Of a stretch of 43,913 nucleotides of DNA, positions 30,121-39,693 are shown in pieces. A program made the translations under genes and the position numbers. The stretch is from Nitrosospira sp. GTDB taxonomy: Bacteria > Pseudomonadota > Gammaproteobacteria > Burkholderiales > Nitrosomonadaceae. Numbering within the stretch: the first letter of the stretch is position 1; every line of letters starts with the position of its first letter. A model generated the notes under the pieces. The model was not told the origin of the DNA and did not search any database. It was given only the letters and a program-made list of their open reading frames with translations. The stretch lies in NCBI GenBank assembly GCA_043752345.1, contig JAYUYT010000112.1, positions 1 to 43,913 on the forward strand, given 5' to 3'.

Positions 30121-31064
30121 GTTGACATACAAGCGGTACTCGCCAATCCCAGAGGATTCTGCGCCGGGGTAGTGCGCGCCATTGAGATCGTCGAACAGGC
30201 GCTGGTGCTTTATGGCGCGCCGATCTACGTGTTGCACCAGATCGTACATAATCAATCAACGGGTGATCCACGACCTGAAAGTACGCGGAGTAGTATTTAC
30301 TGAACAGATGGAGAGTATTCCATGCGGCGCGGTGACCGTGCTCAGTGCCCACGGGGTATCTGATGCCGTCATGGAAGCTGCTCACCGAAGGCTTGGAGGT
30401 GCGCAACTTGTCCGCTGGTTACCAAGGTGCATTTGCAGGCGCAGCGCTACAGCAAAGAAGAGTATGAAGTTGTAATCAATCGGCCATCGCGGTCATGTCG
30501 AGGTGGAAGGCACTTATGGACGGGTGCGCGAGGCGGTGCAAGTAGTGGGTTCGGTTGAAGATGTGGCAACCTTGCAAGTGGCCGATCCACGGCGGGTGGC
30601 CTATGTTACCCAGACCACGCTCAGTCTGGATGATACGCGTGCCATCGTGGAAGCGATGAAACAGCGCTTTCCGGATGTGCGCGGCCCCGAGTTGTCGGAC
30701 ATCTGCTATGCGACCCAGAACCGCCAGAATGCAGTACGTACTTTGGCCGCCAAGGTGGATGTCATTCTGGTGGTAGGCGCGCGCAACAGTTCCAATTCCG
30801 CGCGCTTGCGGGAAGTAGGCGAGATGAGCGGGGTAAGTGCTTATCTGATCCAGGATGCTGGTGAGATTTCTCCCGACTGGTTTGGCTCCAGACTCGCGCA
30901 TTGGCGTGACGGCCGGGGCCTCCACTCCCGAGGTGCTGGTGCAGGGTGTGCTGGATCGTTTGCAGGAGCTTGGAGTAAGCCAGATCGACGAGATAGAGGG
31001 GGTTGCCGAGGCCATCACATTCAGGCTGCCGGCGGCGCTGCTGCGACGGCAGCAGTCGGTATAA
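30121..31064 (+). pseudogene. ispH: Decayed ispH (lytB) paralogue, 4-hydroxy-3-methylbut-2-enyl diphosphate reductase
   Basis: IspH sequence is recognisable but scattered over all three frames. The pieces are [43 protein letters not shown] (frame 1) and [38 protein letters not shown] (frame 2). These are followed by GLEV (frame 3) and ATCPLVTKVHLQAQRYSKEEYEVVI (frame 1). The last two are IGHRGHVEVEGT…YVTQTTLSLDDT…ICYATQNRQ…VVGARNSSNS (frame 2) and RIGVTAGASTPEVLVQ… (frame 3, stop at 31062-31064). There is no in-frame canonical start codon. Confidence 0.85.
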
Positions 31065-31141
31065 ACACCAAAGAGAAATTGAAAACAATCATTGTGCGAA
31101 ACTAGCATGGTTTAGTGTAGTTTTTTTTGGAGGGGATGCAC

Positions 31142-32311
31142 GTGGGAGTTCCTTTACGTCAACAAATAGCAGTCGGCAGTTACTTGCTCAAGCAAAAATT
31201 GAAGGGGATCAAGAAGTATCCACTGGTTCTAATGCTGGAGCCTTTGTTTAAATGCAATCTGGCTTGTGCAGGCTGCGGTAAAATTGACTATCCGGATGAT
31301 ATTCTGGACAAGCGTCTTACGTTTGAAGAATGCATGCAGGCAGTCGACGAATGCGATGCGCCGATGGTATCGATTCCGGGCGGTGAGCCGTTGATCCACA
31401 AGGAGATGCCGCAAATCGTGGCAGGCATCATTGCCCGCAAGAAATATGTTTATCTGTGCACCAATGCACTGTTGTTGAAAAAGAGGATAGACGATTATAC
31501 GCCGTCGCCTTATTTGACTTTCTCCATCCACCTCGACGGCATGAAAGAACGGCATGATGCCTCGGTGTGTCAGGAAGGTGTTTTTGAGCGCGCGGTTGAG
31601 GCAATAAAACTGGCGCTGGGAAAGGGTTTCAGGGTCACGATCAACTGCACCCTGTTTCAGGGTGAAACCCCGAAAGACGTTGCCGAATTTTTGGATTATG
31701 CCATGGAGCTAGGAGTTGAAGGCGCCACCATCGCACCCGGATTCAGCTATGAACGTGCTCCGCAGCAGGGCATTTTTATCAAGGGTGAAGATACCAAGAA
31801 ACTATTCCGGGGTATTTTTGAAATCGGCAAGACGCGCAAGTGGAAACTGAATCACTCGTCGCTTTATCTTGATTTTCTGGCGGGCAATCAAAATTATCAG
31901 TGCACGCCTTGGGGCAACCCAACGCGTAATGTGTTCGGTTGGCAAAAACCTTGTTATTTGTTGCCGGACGAAGGCTATGCAGCCAGTTTCCAGGAGCTGC
32001 TGGATGACACGCCCTGGGCCAAGTATGGCAACAGCAGCAATCCCAAATGCGCACAGTGCATGGCGCATTGCGGTTATGAAGCCACCGCGGTTGAAGACAT
32101 GCTGCAGAACCCGCTCAAAGCGTTCGGAGTATCGCTACGCGGTCCCCGCACGGATGGACCGATGGCACCGGAACTGCCGCGAGTGTATGACGTCGCCCAG
32201 CCGCATGGTGCCGGCAGAAAAGAATTCCCCGTAGCAGTAGTGGTCGAACGCAAAGCAGGTACGACTGGTTCTGCGTCCGGCGGATCGGTTGGCACAGGCA
32301 CTGATGGATAA
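31142..32311 (+). CDS. hpnH: Adenosyl-hopene transferase HpnH (radical SAM)
   Basis: Shows VPLRQQIAVGSYLLKQKLKGIKKYPLVLMLEPLFKCNLACAGCGKIDYP (the CxxxCxxC radical SAM motif in HpnH-typical context). The GTG at 31142 lies 8 nt after GGAGG. The in-frame ATG at 31136 and TTG at 31127 abut or overlap the RBS. Confidence 0.9.
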   Translation: MGVPLRQQIAVGSYLLKQKLKGIKKYPLVLMLEPLFKCNLACAGCGKIDYPDDILDKRLTFEECMQAVDECDAPMVSIPGGEPLIHKEMPQIVAGIIARKKYVYLCTNALLLKKRIDDYTPSPYLTFSIHLDGMKERHDASVCQEGVFERAVEAIKLALGKGFRVTINCTLFQGETPKDVAEFLDYAMELGVEGATIAPGFSYERAPQQGIFIKGEDTKKLFRGIFEIGKTRKWKLNHSSLYLDFLAGNQNYQCTPWGNPTRNVFGWQKPCYLLPDEGYAASFQELLDDTPWAKYGNSSNPKCAQCMAHCGYEATAVEDMLQNPLKAFGVSLRGPRTDGPMAPELPRVYDVAQPHGAGRKEFPVAVVVERKAGTTGSASGGSVGTGTDG

Positions 32312-32369
32312 CGATCTGCTATTCTGAACTAAAAATGTGTTGAGTGTGTTTGCTGGAAAGGTTGTCAAT

Positions 32370-32999
32370 ATGAGAATCTTGCCCGGAATCAAGGCAGTTT
32401 CACACTTCTGGGTGATGGCAGTGGTGCTGCTGGTCACGTCCCTATCCTGGGCGCAGAAGCCGGAGTCAGGTAGCCCAGAACAAGTTGTACACCGTTTCCA
32501 TGAAACACTGCTCGAGGCGATGCGCGAGGGTGGCAGACTGGGCTATCGAGGCCGACTCGAACTCTTGGCGCCCGCTGTTGACCGCTCGCATGACCTTGAT
32601 TTTATCGCGCGCACCGCCTTGGGAAGTCACTGGGCCAAGCTGGAACCAGAACAGCAACGCGTATTTACCGATACCTTTCGGCAACTCAGTATCAGCAGCT
32701 ACGCAGGCTGGTTCAAAAGCCACGAAGGCGAGCGTTTTGAATTCGTGGAGCAGCAGCCCATGCCGCGGGAACAGGTGTTGGTGCGGAGCCAGTTGATCCA
32801 GGCAAAAGGCGAGGTTGTGCGATTCGACTACGTCCTGCGGCAGACAAAAGACGGCTGGCGCATCATCAACATTCTGGCTGATGGTGTCAGTGACCTTGCG
32901 CTGAAACGTGTCGAATACCGTGCCGTCCTTGAGCGGGATGGCTTTCCGGCGCTCATCGACATGCTCAAGAAAAAGATCGTTCTGAGCGAGCAAAATTAA
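32370..32999 (+). CDS. hpnM: Hopanoid-associated periplasmic MlaC/Ttg2D-family lipid-binding protein (HpnM-like)
   Basis: Has a signal peptide (…LVTSLSWA|QKP). The body resembles toluene-tolerance Ttg2D/MlaC proteins (FIARTALGSHWAKL…QQRVFTDTFRQLSISSYA…WRIINILADGVSDL). It sits between hpnH and hpnN. Confidence 0.7.
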   Translation: MRILPGIKAVSHFWVMAVVLLVTSLSWAQKPESGSPEQVVHRFHETLLEAMREGGRLGYRGRLELLAPAVDRSHDLDFIARTALGSHWAKLEPEQQRVFTDTFRQLSISSYAGWFKSHEGERFEFVEQQPMPREQVLVRSQLIQAKGEVVRFDYVLRQTKDGWRIINILADGVSDLALKRVEYRAVLERDGFPALIDMLKKKIVLSEQN

Positions 33000-33030
33000 T
33001 TATTGATCGTTCCGATTTGCTTCCTGAAGG

Positions 33031-35697
33031 GTGACCACAATAGTGGAAGCTTCGCATAGCCGTAGCTACCGCGCTTTCGCGCGCTGGGTCGCTGCATCCT
33101 ATCATTATGCTGCATGGGTCCTGTTCGCATCGCTGCTGATTGCGGTGGCATGCGCCGTCTACACCTCGCGTAATCTGGGTATGAATAGCGATACCACAGA
33201 TATGCTCTCGGAGCACCTGCCGTTTCGCGTCAATTACAAGCACTACAAGAAAACGTTTCCTCAGGATCAGGAAATGGATACCTTGGTGCTGGTGCTGGAT
33301 GCCTCTACACCCGAGCAGGCACACACTGCCAGCAAACGCTTGGCAGAGCGCCTGCAACAAGACCCCACGCATATTAATGATGTCTATCTTCCAAGCGGAG
33401 ATGTTTTTTTTGAGCGCAATGGCCTGCTTTACGAAAGCATACCGGAACTGGGGCATATCACTGATCGCCTGGCAGCGGCACAGCCGCTGATCGCAAGGAT
33501 TGCCGGGGATCCCACTTTGCATACCTTCGCCTCAGTACTTACGGAAGCGGTGGAAGAGTTACGTGGCGGGCGCAATCTTGAACTGGGGCCAGTGCTGGGT
33601 GGGATGAGCGCAACGCTGGATGCGAGACTTGCCGGTGTACCGCGGGCACTATCATGGCAGGTGCTGTTTCGCGGCGAGGCACAGAAGACTACTTACCGGG
33701 AATTGATGACGGTGCAGCCGAAGCTGGACTATACCCAGTTATCCGCAGCGGAACAGTCGATTGCGGCACTGCGCGCCACTGCACGGGATCTTGGTCTGAC
33801 GGAGAATGGGATGCGTTTGCGCATCACTGGCGATGTGGCGCTGGCTGACGAGGAGCTCAAGAGCGCGATGCATGGTACAGAATACGCCGGACTGCTCGCA
33901 CTCGTGCTGGTGACGGTGGTGCTTTATATCGCGCTGCATACGGCTGGCTCAATCCTTACCGTGCTGCTTAGCCTGGTACTGGGTTTGTTGCTGACGGCGG
34001 CTTTCGCCACCGCGGCAGTCGGTCATCTGAACGTCATCTCAATTGCATTTGCGGTGCTATATGTAGGTCTCGGGGTAGATTATGCGATCCATTTTCTGCT
34101 GCGATACCGCGAGTTGCTGGAAAGCGGTCAGTCAGTGGCGAAGGCTCTGCAGGCAACTGGCGGCGACACCGGGCACTCACTATTTTTATGCGCTGTCACC
34201 ACCACTATCGGCTTCTACGCATTTATGCCAACTGCCTACCGTGGGGTTGCAGAGCTGGGATTGATCGCGGGCACTGGTATGCTGATCAGTCTGGTGGTTA
34301 CCCTCACTTTGGCACCTGCCTTACAACGCTACTTGCCGACACGACCTAGAGCAGCATCTACTGGTGCAGGGGGTTCGCTGGGCAAGCTGCTCGAGTTGCC
34401 TTTGCGGTGGCGCAAAGTGGTGTATGCCGGCACTTTCGCCGCATTACTTGTTGCCGTGGCGGTATTACCAAAGATTGAGTTTGACTACAACCTGTTGAAT
34501 CTGCAGGATCAGCGTGGAGAAGCCGTACAGACTTTTCGCGAGTTGCTGGCAGAAACCGAGCATTCACCCTGGCATGCGGTTGCGCTAGCCGACAATGAGG
34601 TGGAGCTGGATCAGCTGGCACAGCGTTTAATGGGGCTGCCTGAAGTCGGCAGAGTGGTCACGATCCTAGATTTCATACCCACAGCGCAGGAGGAGAAGCT
34701 CGCCCTCATTGAAGAGATGGCACTTACGTTGGGGCCACTCACATTTGCGGCAGCACCGCCGGTGGCAAACCAGTACACGCTGGCACAGCAGCGCACCGCA
34801 CTGGATAGGCTGAGCGCCGCACTGGACCGATTCATTGCCGAACGGCCTGATCACCCTGCGTTGGTGCCCGCCCGCAGCCTCAGAGCATCGCTGGGTGTAT
34901 TGTTCACTCACTTTGACGCGGCCGCCAGCATCGACGACAAGAACCAGTTGTTGCATGCAGTTGGCAAAGATTTGCTTGCCCTGTTGCCCGATGCCATGCA
35001 GCGGCTGCATACTTCGCTCGAAGCCACCCCGTTTGCTCAGCAGCAGTTGCCAGAATCATTGCGCACGCGCTGGCACAGCCAGACGGGGCAATATCGGGTC
35101 GCGATCTACCCGGCAGAGAATATCAATGATAATCAGGCGCTGCGACGTTTCGTGCGGGCGGTGCAGCAGGAGGCGCCGCAGGCCACTGGTGCGCCGGTGA
35201 TAAGTCTGGAGGCAGGCGAGGCGGTGGTGCAGGCATTCATCCTGGCTTTTTCGCTGGCGCTGGTGGGGATTAGCATAATACTTTTGGTGATGTTGCGCAG
35301 TGTGGTATTTACCTTGCTGGTGTTGATTCCTCTTTTACTGGCTGCGCTATTCACAGGTGCTGCTACCGTGTTGTTGGGAGTCCAGTTCAATTTTGCCAAT
35401 ATCATAGCGTTGCCGCTGCTGCTGGGTATCGGTATCGACAGCGGCCTCCATCTGGTGCACCGAAGCCGCAGTGACGAAACGACTCATGAAGATTTGATGC
35501 ATACTAGCACCACGCGCGCCATTTTTTACAGTGCGTTGACCACCTTGGTCGGTTTTGGCAGTCTGGCATTCTCTTCGCATCAGGGCACTGCCAGTATGGG
35601 GGTGCTGCTCACCATAGGGTTGGCGCTTACACTGATCTGCGTCCTGGTGATACTGCCAGTGCTGTTGGCGACTTCGATCCGGGGTGCAAGCTCATGA
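33031..35697 (+). CDS. hpnN: Hopanoid-associated RND-superfamily transporter HpnN
   Basis: An 888-aa protein with two 6-TM bundles (GVDYAIHFLLRY…, GIGIDSGLHLVHR…) separated by large periplasmic domains, in a hopanoid gene context. GTG start. Confidence 0.85.
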   Translation: MTTIVEASHSRSYRAFARWVAASYHYAAWVLFASLLIAVACAVYTSRNLGMNSDTTDMLSEHLPFRVNYKHYKKTFPQDQEMDTLVLVLDASTPEQAHTASKRLAERLQQDPTHINDVYLPSGDVFFERNGLLYESIPELGHITDRLAAAQPLIARIAGDPTLHTFASVLTEAVEELRGGRNLELGPVLGGMSATLDARLAGVPRALSWQVLFRGEAQKTTYRELMTVQPKLDYTQLSAAEQSIAALRATARDLGLTENGMRLRITGDVALADEELKSAMHGTEYAGLLALVLVTVVLYIALHTAGSILTVLLSLVLGLLLTAAFATAAVGHLNVISIAFAVLYVGLGVDYAIHFLLRYRELLESGQSVAKALQATGGDTGHSLFLCAVTTTIGFYAFMPTAYRGVAELGLIAGTGMLISLVVTLTLAPALQRYLPTRPRAASTGAGGSLGKLLELPLRWRKVVYAGTFAALLVAVAVLPKIEFDYNLLNLQDQRGEAVQTFRELLAETEHSPWHAVALADNEVELDQLAQRLMGLPEVGRVVTILDFIPTAQEEKLALIEEMALTLGPLTFAAAPPVANQYTLAQQRTALDRLSAALDRFIAERPDHPALVPARSLRASLGVLFTHFDAAASIDDKNQLLHAVGKDLLALLPDAMQRLHTSLEATPFAQQQLPESLRTRWHSQTGQYRVAIYPAENINDNQALRRFVRAVQQEAPQATGAPVISLEAGEAVVQAFILAFSLALVGISIILLVMLRSVVFTLLVLIPLLLAALFTGAATVLLGVQFNFANIIALPLLLGIGIDSGLHLVHRSRSDETTHEDLMHTSTTRAIFYSALTTLVGFGSLAFSSHQGTASMGVLLTIGLALTLICVLVILPVLLATSIRGASS

Positions 35698-35804
35698 GAA
35701 AGTTGTGCACCACTTCAATAGTTTTTGTTTATACTTCGCACCCTGAGCAGTCGATATATTACAGAACAGGATCTACGGGAGAACAATCTACCTGATATCT
35801 GATT

Positions 35805-36758
35805 ATGAAACTTAATCACCGGACTCTAACTACGTTACTGCTATTTGCTGTGTTATTGGCAGGCTGCGCTACCGTACCCCAGAATGACCAGAGCGACCAG
35901 ACTGCCCGGAGTGTCGCCCCAGTCGATCCCTACGAGAATACCAACCGCACATTTTACAAGATCACCGATGCTGTTGACCGGCACGTTCTGGAGCCGGTCG
36001 CCCATGCCTACATAGTACATGTACCCAACCCCTTGCGGCGCTCGATCGGAAATTTCTATGATAATGTCGCTTATCCAAACGTAGCCCTGAACGCCTTTCT
36101 GCAAGGCAAGGTACAGCAGGGACTCGAGGATACTTTGCGCTTTGCCATCAATTCAACCATAGGCCTGTTTGGATTGTTTGACATGGCGACACCCATGGGG
36201 CTGAAGCAGAACGACGAGGATTTTGGGCAGACACTGGGGGTGTGGGGTGTTGATACCGGCTCTTATTTATTTCTTCCTTTTCTTGGCCCCAGCAGCAGTC
36301 GCGATGTATCCAGCATCCCCGTCAGCGTATTCACTAATGCTCTTTTTTATATAAGTAGCGCCGCAATTTTTGCGCCCATAGGCGTTCTGGGTATCATCGA
36401 CAAACGCGCGCGATTATCGGGCTCCATGCTTATTCGTGATCAGGCGGCGCTGGACGCCTATCTGTTCGTGCGTGAGGCTTCTTTGCAGCAGCGCAAGCAT
36501 CAAGTTTATGATGGCAACCCGCCACCTGAAAGCTATGACGATTTTTCGCAGGATGACTCTTTGGAAGGTACTTCAGTGCAGGCTAATTCCTTACAGAACA
36601 ATCCAGCAAGGGATCGCCGTACCGACAGGGTGTCGCATTCACAGGATGATCCAATAAAAATGACGCTGGACCTCCCACGGGCTAATCTTCAGCAGATTGA
36701 TCTTGAGAGCAATCCCGCAAGGGATCGGCGTACGGACAGAATGCCGCTGCTGCATTAA
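35805..36758 (+). CDS. MlaA/VacJ-family outer-membrane lipoprotein with a repeat-bearing C-terminal extension
   Basis: Has a lipobox (LLAGC|A). The VacJ core is DPYENTNRTFYKITDAVDRHVLEPVAHAY…IGNFYDNVAYPNVALNAFLQGK…INSTIGLFGLFD…DFGQTLGVWG…YLFLPFLGPSS. About 70 extra C-terminal residues follow. Confidence 0.85.
   Translation: MKLNHRTLTTLLLFAVLLAGCATVPQNDQSDQTARSVAPVDPYENTNRTFYKITDAVDRHVLEPVAHAYIVHVPNPLRRSIGNFYDNVAYPNVALNAFLQGKVQQGLEDTLRFAINSTIGLFGLFDMATPMGLKQNDEDFGQTLGVWGVDTGSYLFLPFLGPSSSRDVSSIPVSVFTNALFYISSAAIFAPIGVLGIIDKRARLSGSMLIRDQAALDAYLFVREASLQQRKHQVYDGNPPPESYDDFSQDDSLEGTSVQANSLQNNPARDRRTDRVSHSQDDPIKMTLDLPRANLQQIDLESNPARDRRTDRMPLLH
36600..36740 (+). repeat. 30-bp imperfect direct repeat pair encoding NPARDRRTDR twice in the MlaA-like tail
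   Basis: 36600-36629 and 36711-36740 match at 26 of 30 nt. They are in frame and 111 nt apart. Confidence 0.7.
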
Positions 36759-36961
36759 CGGAACGCGAATTACCAGACCAGGGCCACCGCTGACGACAAT
36801 GAAGCGAGTTGTTTCACACCGCATGCATGGAACCAAGGCGCACGACTCCAGTCTGATGTAATCATCCCGGCACCTACTATCGGGAGCATATCAATGGGTT
36901 ATAATGCGGAGTTATGTAACAAAGCATTTAGTACGCGAATGATTAAAGAGACCTCGATCGT

Positions 36962-38941
36962 ATGACCAAAGCATCTCTACGGGATAACGGCGGTAATTCC
37001 GCAGGCAAGGTTGCCGCTACGCGCCAATGGCAAAATGCAGAGCAAGGTGTAACAGATGCTGCGGCACTGGAAAATGGGTTTGCCGCAGCACGTAAGGCTC
37101 TGCTGTCCCTACAGAAACAGGATGGGCACTGGTGTTTCCCGCTGGAAGCAGACTGCACGATCCCATCTGAGTATGTGCTGATGATGCACTTCATGGATGA
37201 TGTGGACACTGGCCTGGAAGTCAGGTTGGCCCGATTTATCCGTGAGCAGCAAGATACGGAACATGGTGGTTGGGCGCTGTACTATGGCGGCCATTTCGAT
37301 CTGAGCTGCACGATCAAGGCTTACTATGCTTTGAAGATCGTCGGTGATTTGCCCGACGCGCCGCATATGGTGCGCGCCCGCACAGCCATTCTGGCGCACG
37401 GCGGCGCAGCACGGGCCAACTCATTCACCCGGATACTGCTCGCCATGTGGGGTCAGCTTCCCTGGCGCGGGGTGCCATTCATGCCGGTGGAAATTATATT
37501 ATTGCCGAGCTGGTTTCCGTTTCACCTGAGCAAGATTGCCTACTGGTCGCGCACCGTGACCGTGCCGCTGACCATTCTATACTCTCTGAAGGTGCAGTCT
37601 GCCAACCCGCGTAAGGTCAATATTCCCGAGCTGTTCACCGTACCTGCGGAAGATGAACGCGACTACTTTCCAGTGCGTTCAACGCTCAACCGGATCTTCC
37701 TGATAGTCGAGCGCACGGCTCGACTATTCGAACCACTCATCCCAAATGCCTTGCGTCGCGTTGCGCTACGTCGTGCAGAAAGCTGGGTAGTGGAACGGCT
37801 TAACGGTGAGTGTGGTCTGGGAGCGATTTTCCCCGCCATGGTGAATGCCAATGAAGCGCTGGCGTTGCTGGGATATGCTTACGAACATCCTTATCGAGAG
37901 CAGTGCCGCCGGGCTTTGCATGGATTGCTGGTGGAAGAGGGTGAGCGTGCCTGGTGTCAGCCATGCACCTCGCCGGTGTGGGACACCGTCCTTGCAACCC
38001 TTGCTTTGCAGGAGGATGTAGGCGCAGACCAGAAATCGATCCGGAGAGCCCTTGATTGGCTGGTGCCTCTGCAGATACTCGATGCGCCCGCAGACTGGCA
38101 GGAAGATCATCCCGGGCTGGCTGGTGGCGGTTGGGCCTTCCAATATGCCAATCCTCATTATCCCGATTTGGATGACACTGCTGCAGTGGCTTGGGCAATG
38201 TATCAGGCGGATCCACAAGTTTATCGTGTAAGTCTGGAGCGAGCGGCAGACTGGCTTGTCGGGATGCAATCCAATAACGGAGGTTTTGCAGCATTTGATG
38301 CCGACAACACTTGTTACTATCTCAATGAGATTCCGTTTGCTGACCACGGCGCGTTGCTTGACCCGCCGACCAGCGACGTCAGTGCCCGGTGTACAGGTTT
38401 TCTGGCCCTGTATGGCAAGCCTGAACAGCAGGATCGTATGAAACGGGGGCTGAGTTATCTGTTTAGCGAACAGGAGTCCAGTGGCGCCTGGTTCGGGCGC
38501 TGGGGAAGCAATTATATTTACGGCACCTGGTCAGTATTGGAGGCTTTGCGGCTGGCACGTGTGGATACCGATCACATCGCCATCCGCCGTGCAGTGCAAT
38601 GGCTTAAATCCGTGCAGCGTGATGACGGCGGTTGGGGTGAAGGCAACGATACTTACTTCAAGCCGCAACAGGCCGGACATTTTTTCACGAGCACTTCATT
38701 TCAGACCGCGTGGGCATTGCTTGGTCTGATGGCGGCGGGAGAAGTGCACAGCTCGGCGGTGCGCCGTGGCATCGAATATCTGTTGCGTGAACAGGATGAC
38801 AACGGTCTGTGGGACGATCCATGGTTTACTGCGCCAGGCTTTCCACGGGTTTTTTATTTGCGATATCACGGTTATTCGAAGTACTTTCCGGTGTGGGCTT
38901 TGGCGAGGTTTCATGCGCTGACTCGGAAGACTTCCGTGTGA
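36962..38941 (+). CDS. shc: Squalene-hopene cyclase
   Basis: A 659-aa protein with multiple QW repeats (QxxDGGWG: QKQDGHWCF, QQDTEHGGWALYYG, MQSNNGGFAAFD, QESSGAWFGRWG, QRDDGGWGE, QDDNGLWDD). The catalytic DxDDTA motif is present (PDLDDTAAV). Confidence 0.95.
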   Translation: MTKASLRDNGGNSAGKVAATRQWQNAEQGVTDAAALENGFAAARKALLSLQKQDGHWCFPLEADCTIPSEYVLMMHFMDDVDTGLEVRLARFIREQQDTEHGGWALYYGGHFDLSCTIKAYYALKIVGDLPDAPHMVRARTAILAHGGAARANSFTRILLAMWGQLPWRGVPFMPVEIILLPSWFPFHLSKIAYWSRTVTVPLTILYSLKVQSANPRKVNIPELFTVPAEDERDYFPVRSTLNRIFLIVERTARLFEPLIPNALRRVALRRAESWVVERLNGECGLGAIFPAMVNANEALALLGYAYEHPYREQCRRALHGLLVEEGERAWCQPCTSPVWDTVLATLALQEDVGADQKSIRRALDWLVPLQILDAPADWQEDHPGLAGGGWAFQYANPHYPDLDDTAAVAWAMYQADPQVYRVSLERAADWLVGMQSNNGGFAAFDADNTCYYLNEIPFADHGALLDPPTSDVSARCTGFLALYGKPEQQDRMKRGLSYLFSEQESSGAWFGRWGSNYIYGTWSVLEALRLARVDTDHIAIRRAVQWLKSVQRDDGGWGEGNDTYFKPQQAGHFFTSTSFQTAWALLGLMAAGEVHSSAVRRGIEYLLREQDDNGLWDDPWFTAPGFPRVFYLRYHGYSKYFPVWALARFHALTRKTSV

Positions 38942-39660
38942 GGGTGGTAGGTATCGTCGCGGCCATGCGGGTGGAAGCGAGTTGTCTTACCTCATCGCGC
39001 TTGCCTTTCAATGCAAGGGTTGGCTTGGGAGGGGGTGCGGCAATATGGCTCTGCGGGATGGGTGAGAAAGCGGCGCGGGAAGCAGCGGTAGGGTTGCGGG
39101 CAAGTGGTGCGACCACTCTGGTGAGTTTCGGGCTTGCGGGTGCGTTGGACTCAAGCTTGCGTCCGGGAGACCTGGTGCTGCCTGAGTCGATTCACGCTGG
39201 AGGCATATTGCCGGTTGATCTGGATTGGCGTAATCGCCTGCAACAATGTTTGCCCGCGCACTTGAGTATTGCGAGCGGCATATTAGCCACGAGCTCGCGA
39301 GTGCTGACTTCGGCGAATGCCAAACGTGAGTTGGCAGAATCCACTGGGGCCTGTGCAGTGGACATGGAGAGCGGTGCAGTGGCTGAGGTGGCTGCGAATG
39401 CCGGTGTGCCATTCCTTGCGGTGCGGGTGATTGCAGATCCAGTTGAATTTTCACCGCCCCAAGTGTTACTTAAGGCGGTACGCCCTGATGGCAGCGCGGA
39501 TCCGGCCCGCCTGCTGGCCTTGCTGTTGCGACGATCCGTGACGCTGGGTACGTTGCTACGCCTCGCGGCACAGCTCCGCGCCGCGCGTTCCACTCTACGG
39601 ATAGTGGTGCAGTATGCAGGCATGGAACTGGGAGTTACTGCCGATCAAGCCCGTAGTTGA
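38938..39660 (+). CDS. hpnG: Hopanoid-associated phosphorylase/nucleosidase HpnG (PNP_UDP family)
   Basis: Shows VGIVAAMRVEA…LVSFGLAGAL…AVDMESGAVAEVA…PFLAVRVIAD. A GTG at 38938 overlaps the shc stop (GTGA); alternative starts are GTG 38944 and ATG 38965. The tracked start at 38809 lies inside shc and is rejected. Confidence 0.75.
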   Translation: MRVVGIVAAMRVEASCLTSSRLPFNARVGLGGGAAIWLCGMGEKAAREAAVGLRASGATTLVSFGLAGALDSSLRPGDLVLPESIHAGGILPVDLDWRNRLQQCLPAHLSIASGILATSSRVLTSANAKRELAESTGACAVDMESGAVAEVAANAGVPFLAVRVIADPVEFSPPQVLLKAVRPDGSADPARLLALLLRRSVTLGTLLRLAAQLRAARSTLRIVVQYAGMELGVTADQARS

Positions 39661-39693
39661 GGGGTAGCACGGGTTAAACGGGTTTATTCATGA

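Noticed and set aside
36900-36905. Perfect TATAAT hexamer 57 nt upstream of shc as an internal promoter
   Set aside because: There is no acceptable -35 (ctatcg at 17-bp spacing) and no TG extension. A single hexamer is expected by chance in this much sequence.
38809-38937. Long 5' extension of hpnG overlapping 133 nt of shc
   Set aside because: The extension lies wholly within the shc coding frame. HpnG homology starts at VVGIVAA, right after the shc stop, and a GTG at 38938 gives a typical GTGA stop-start overlap.
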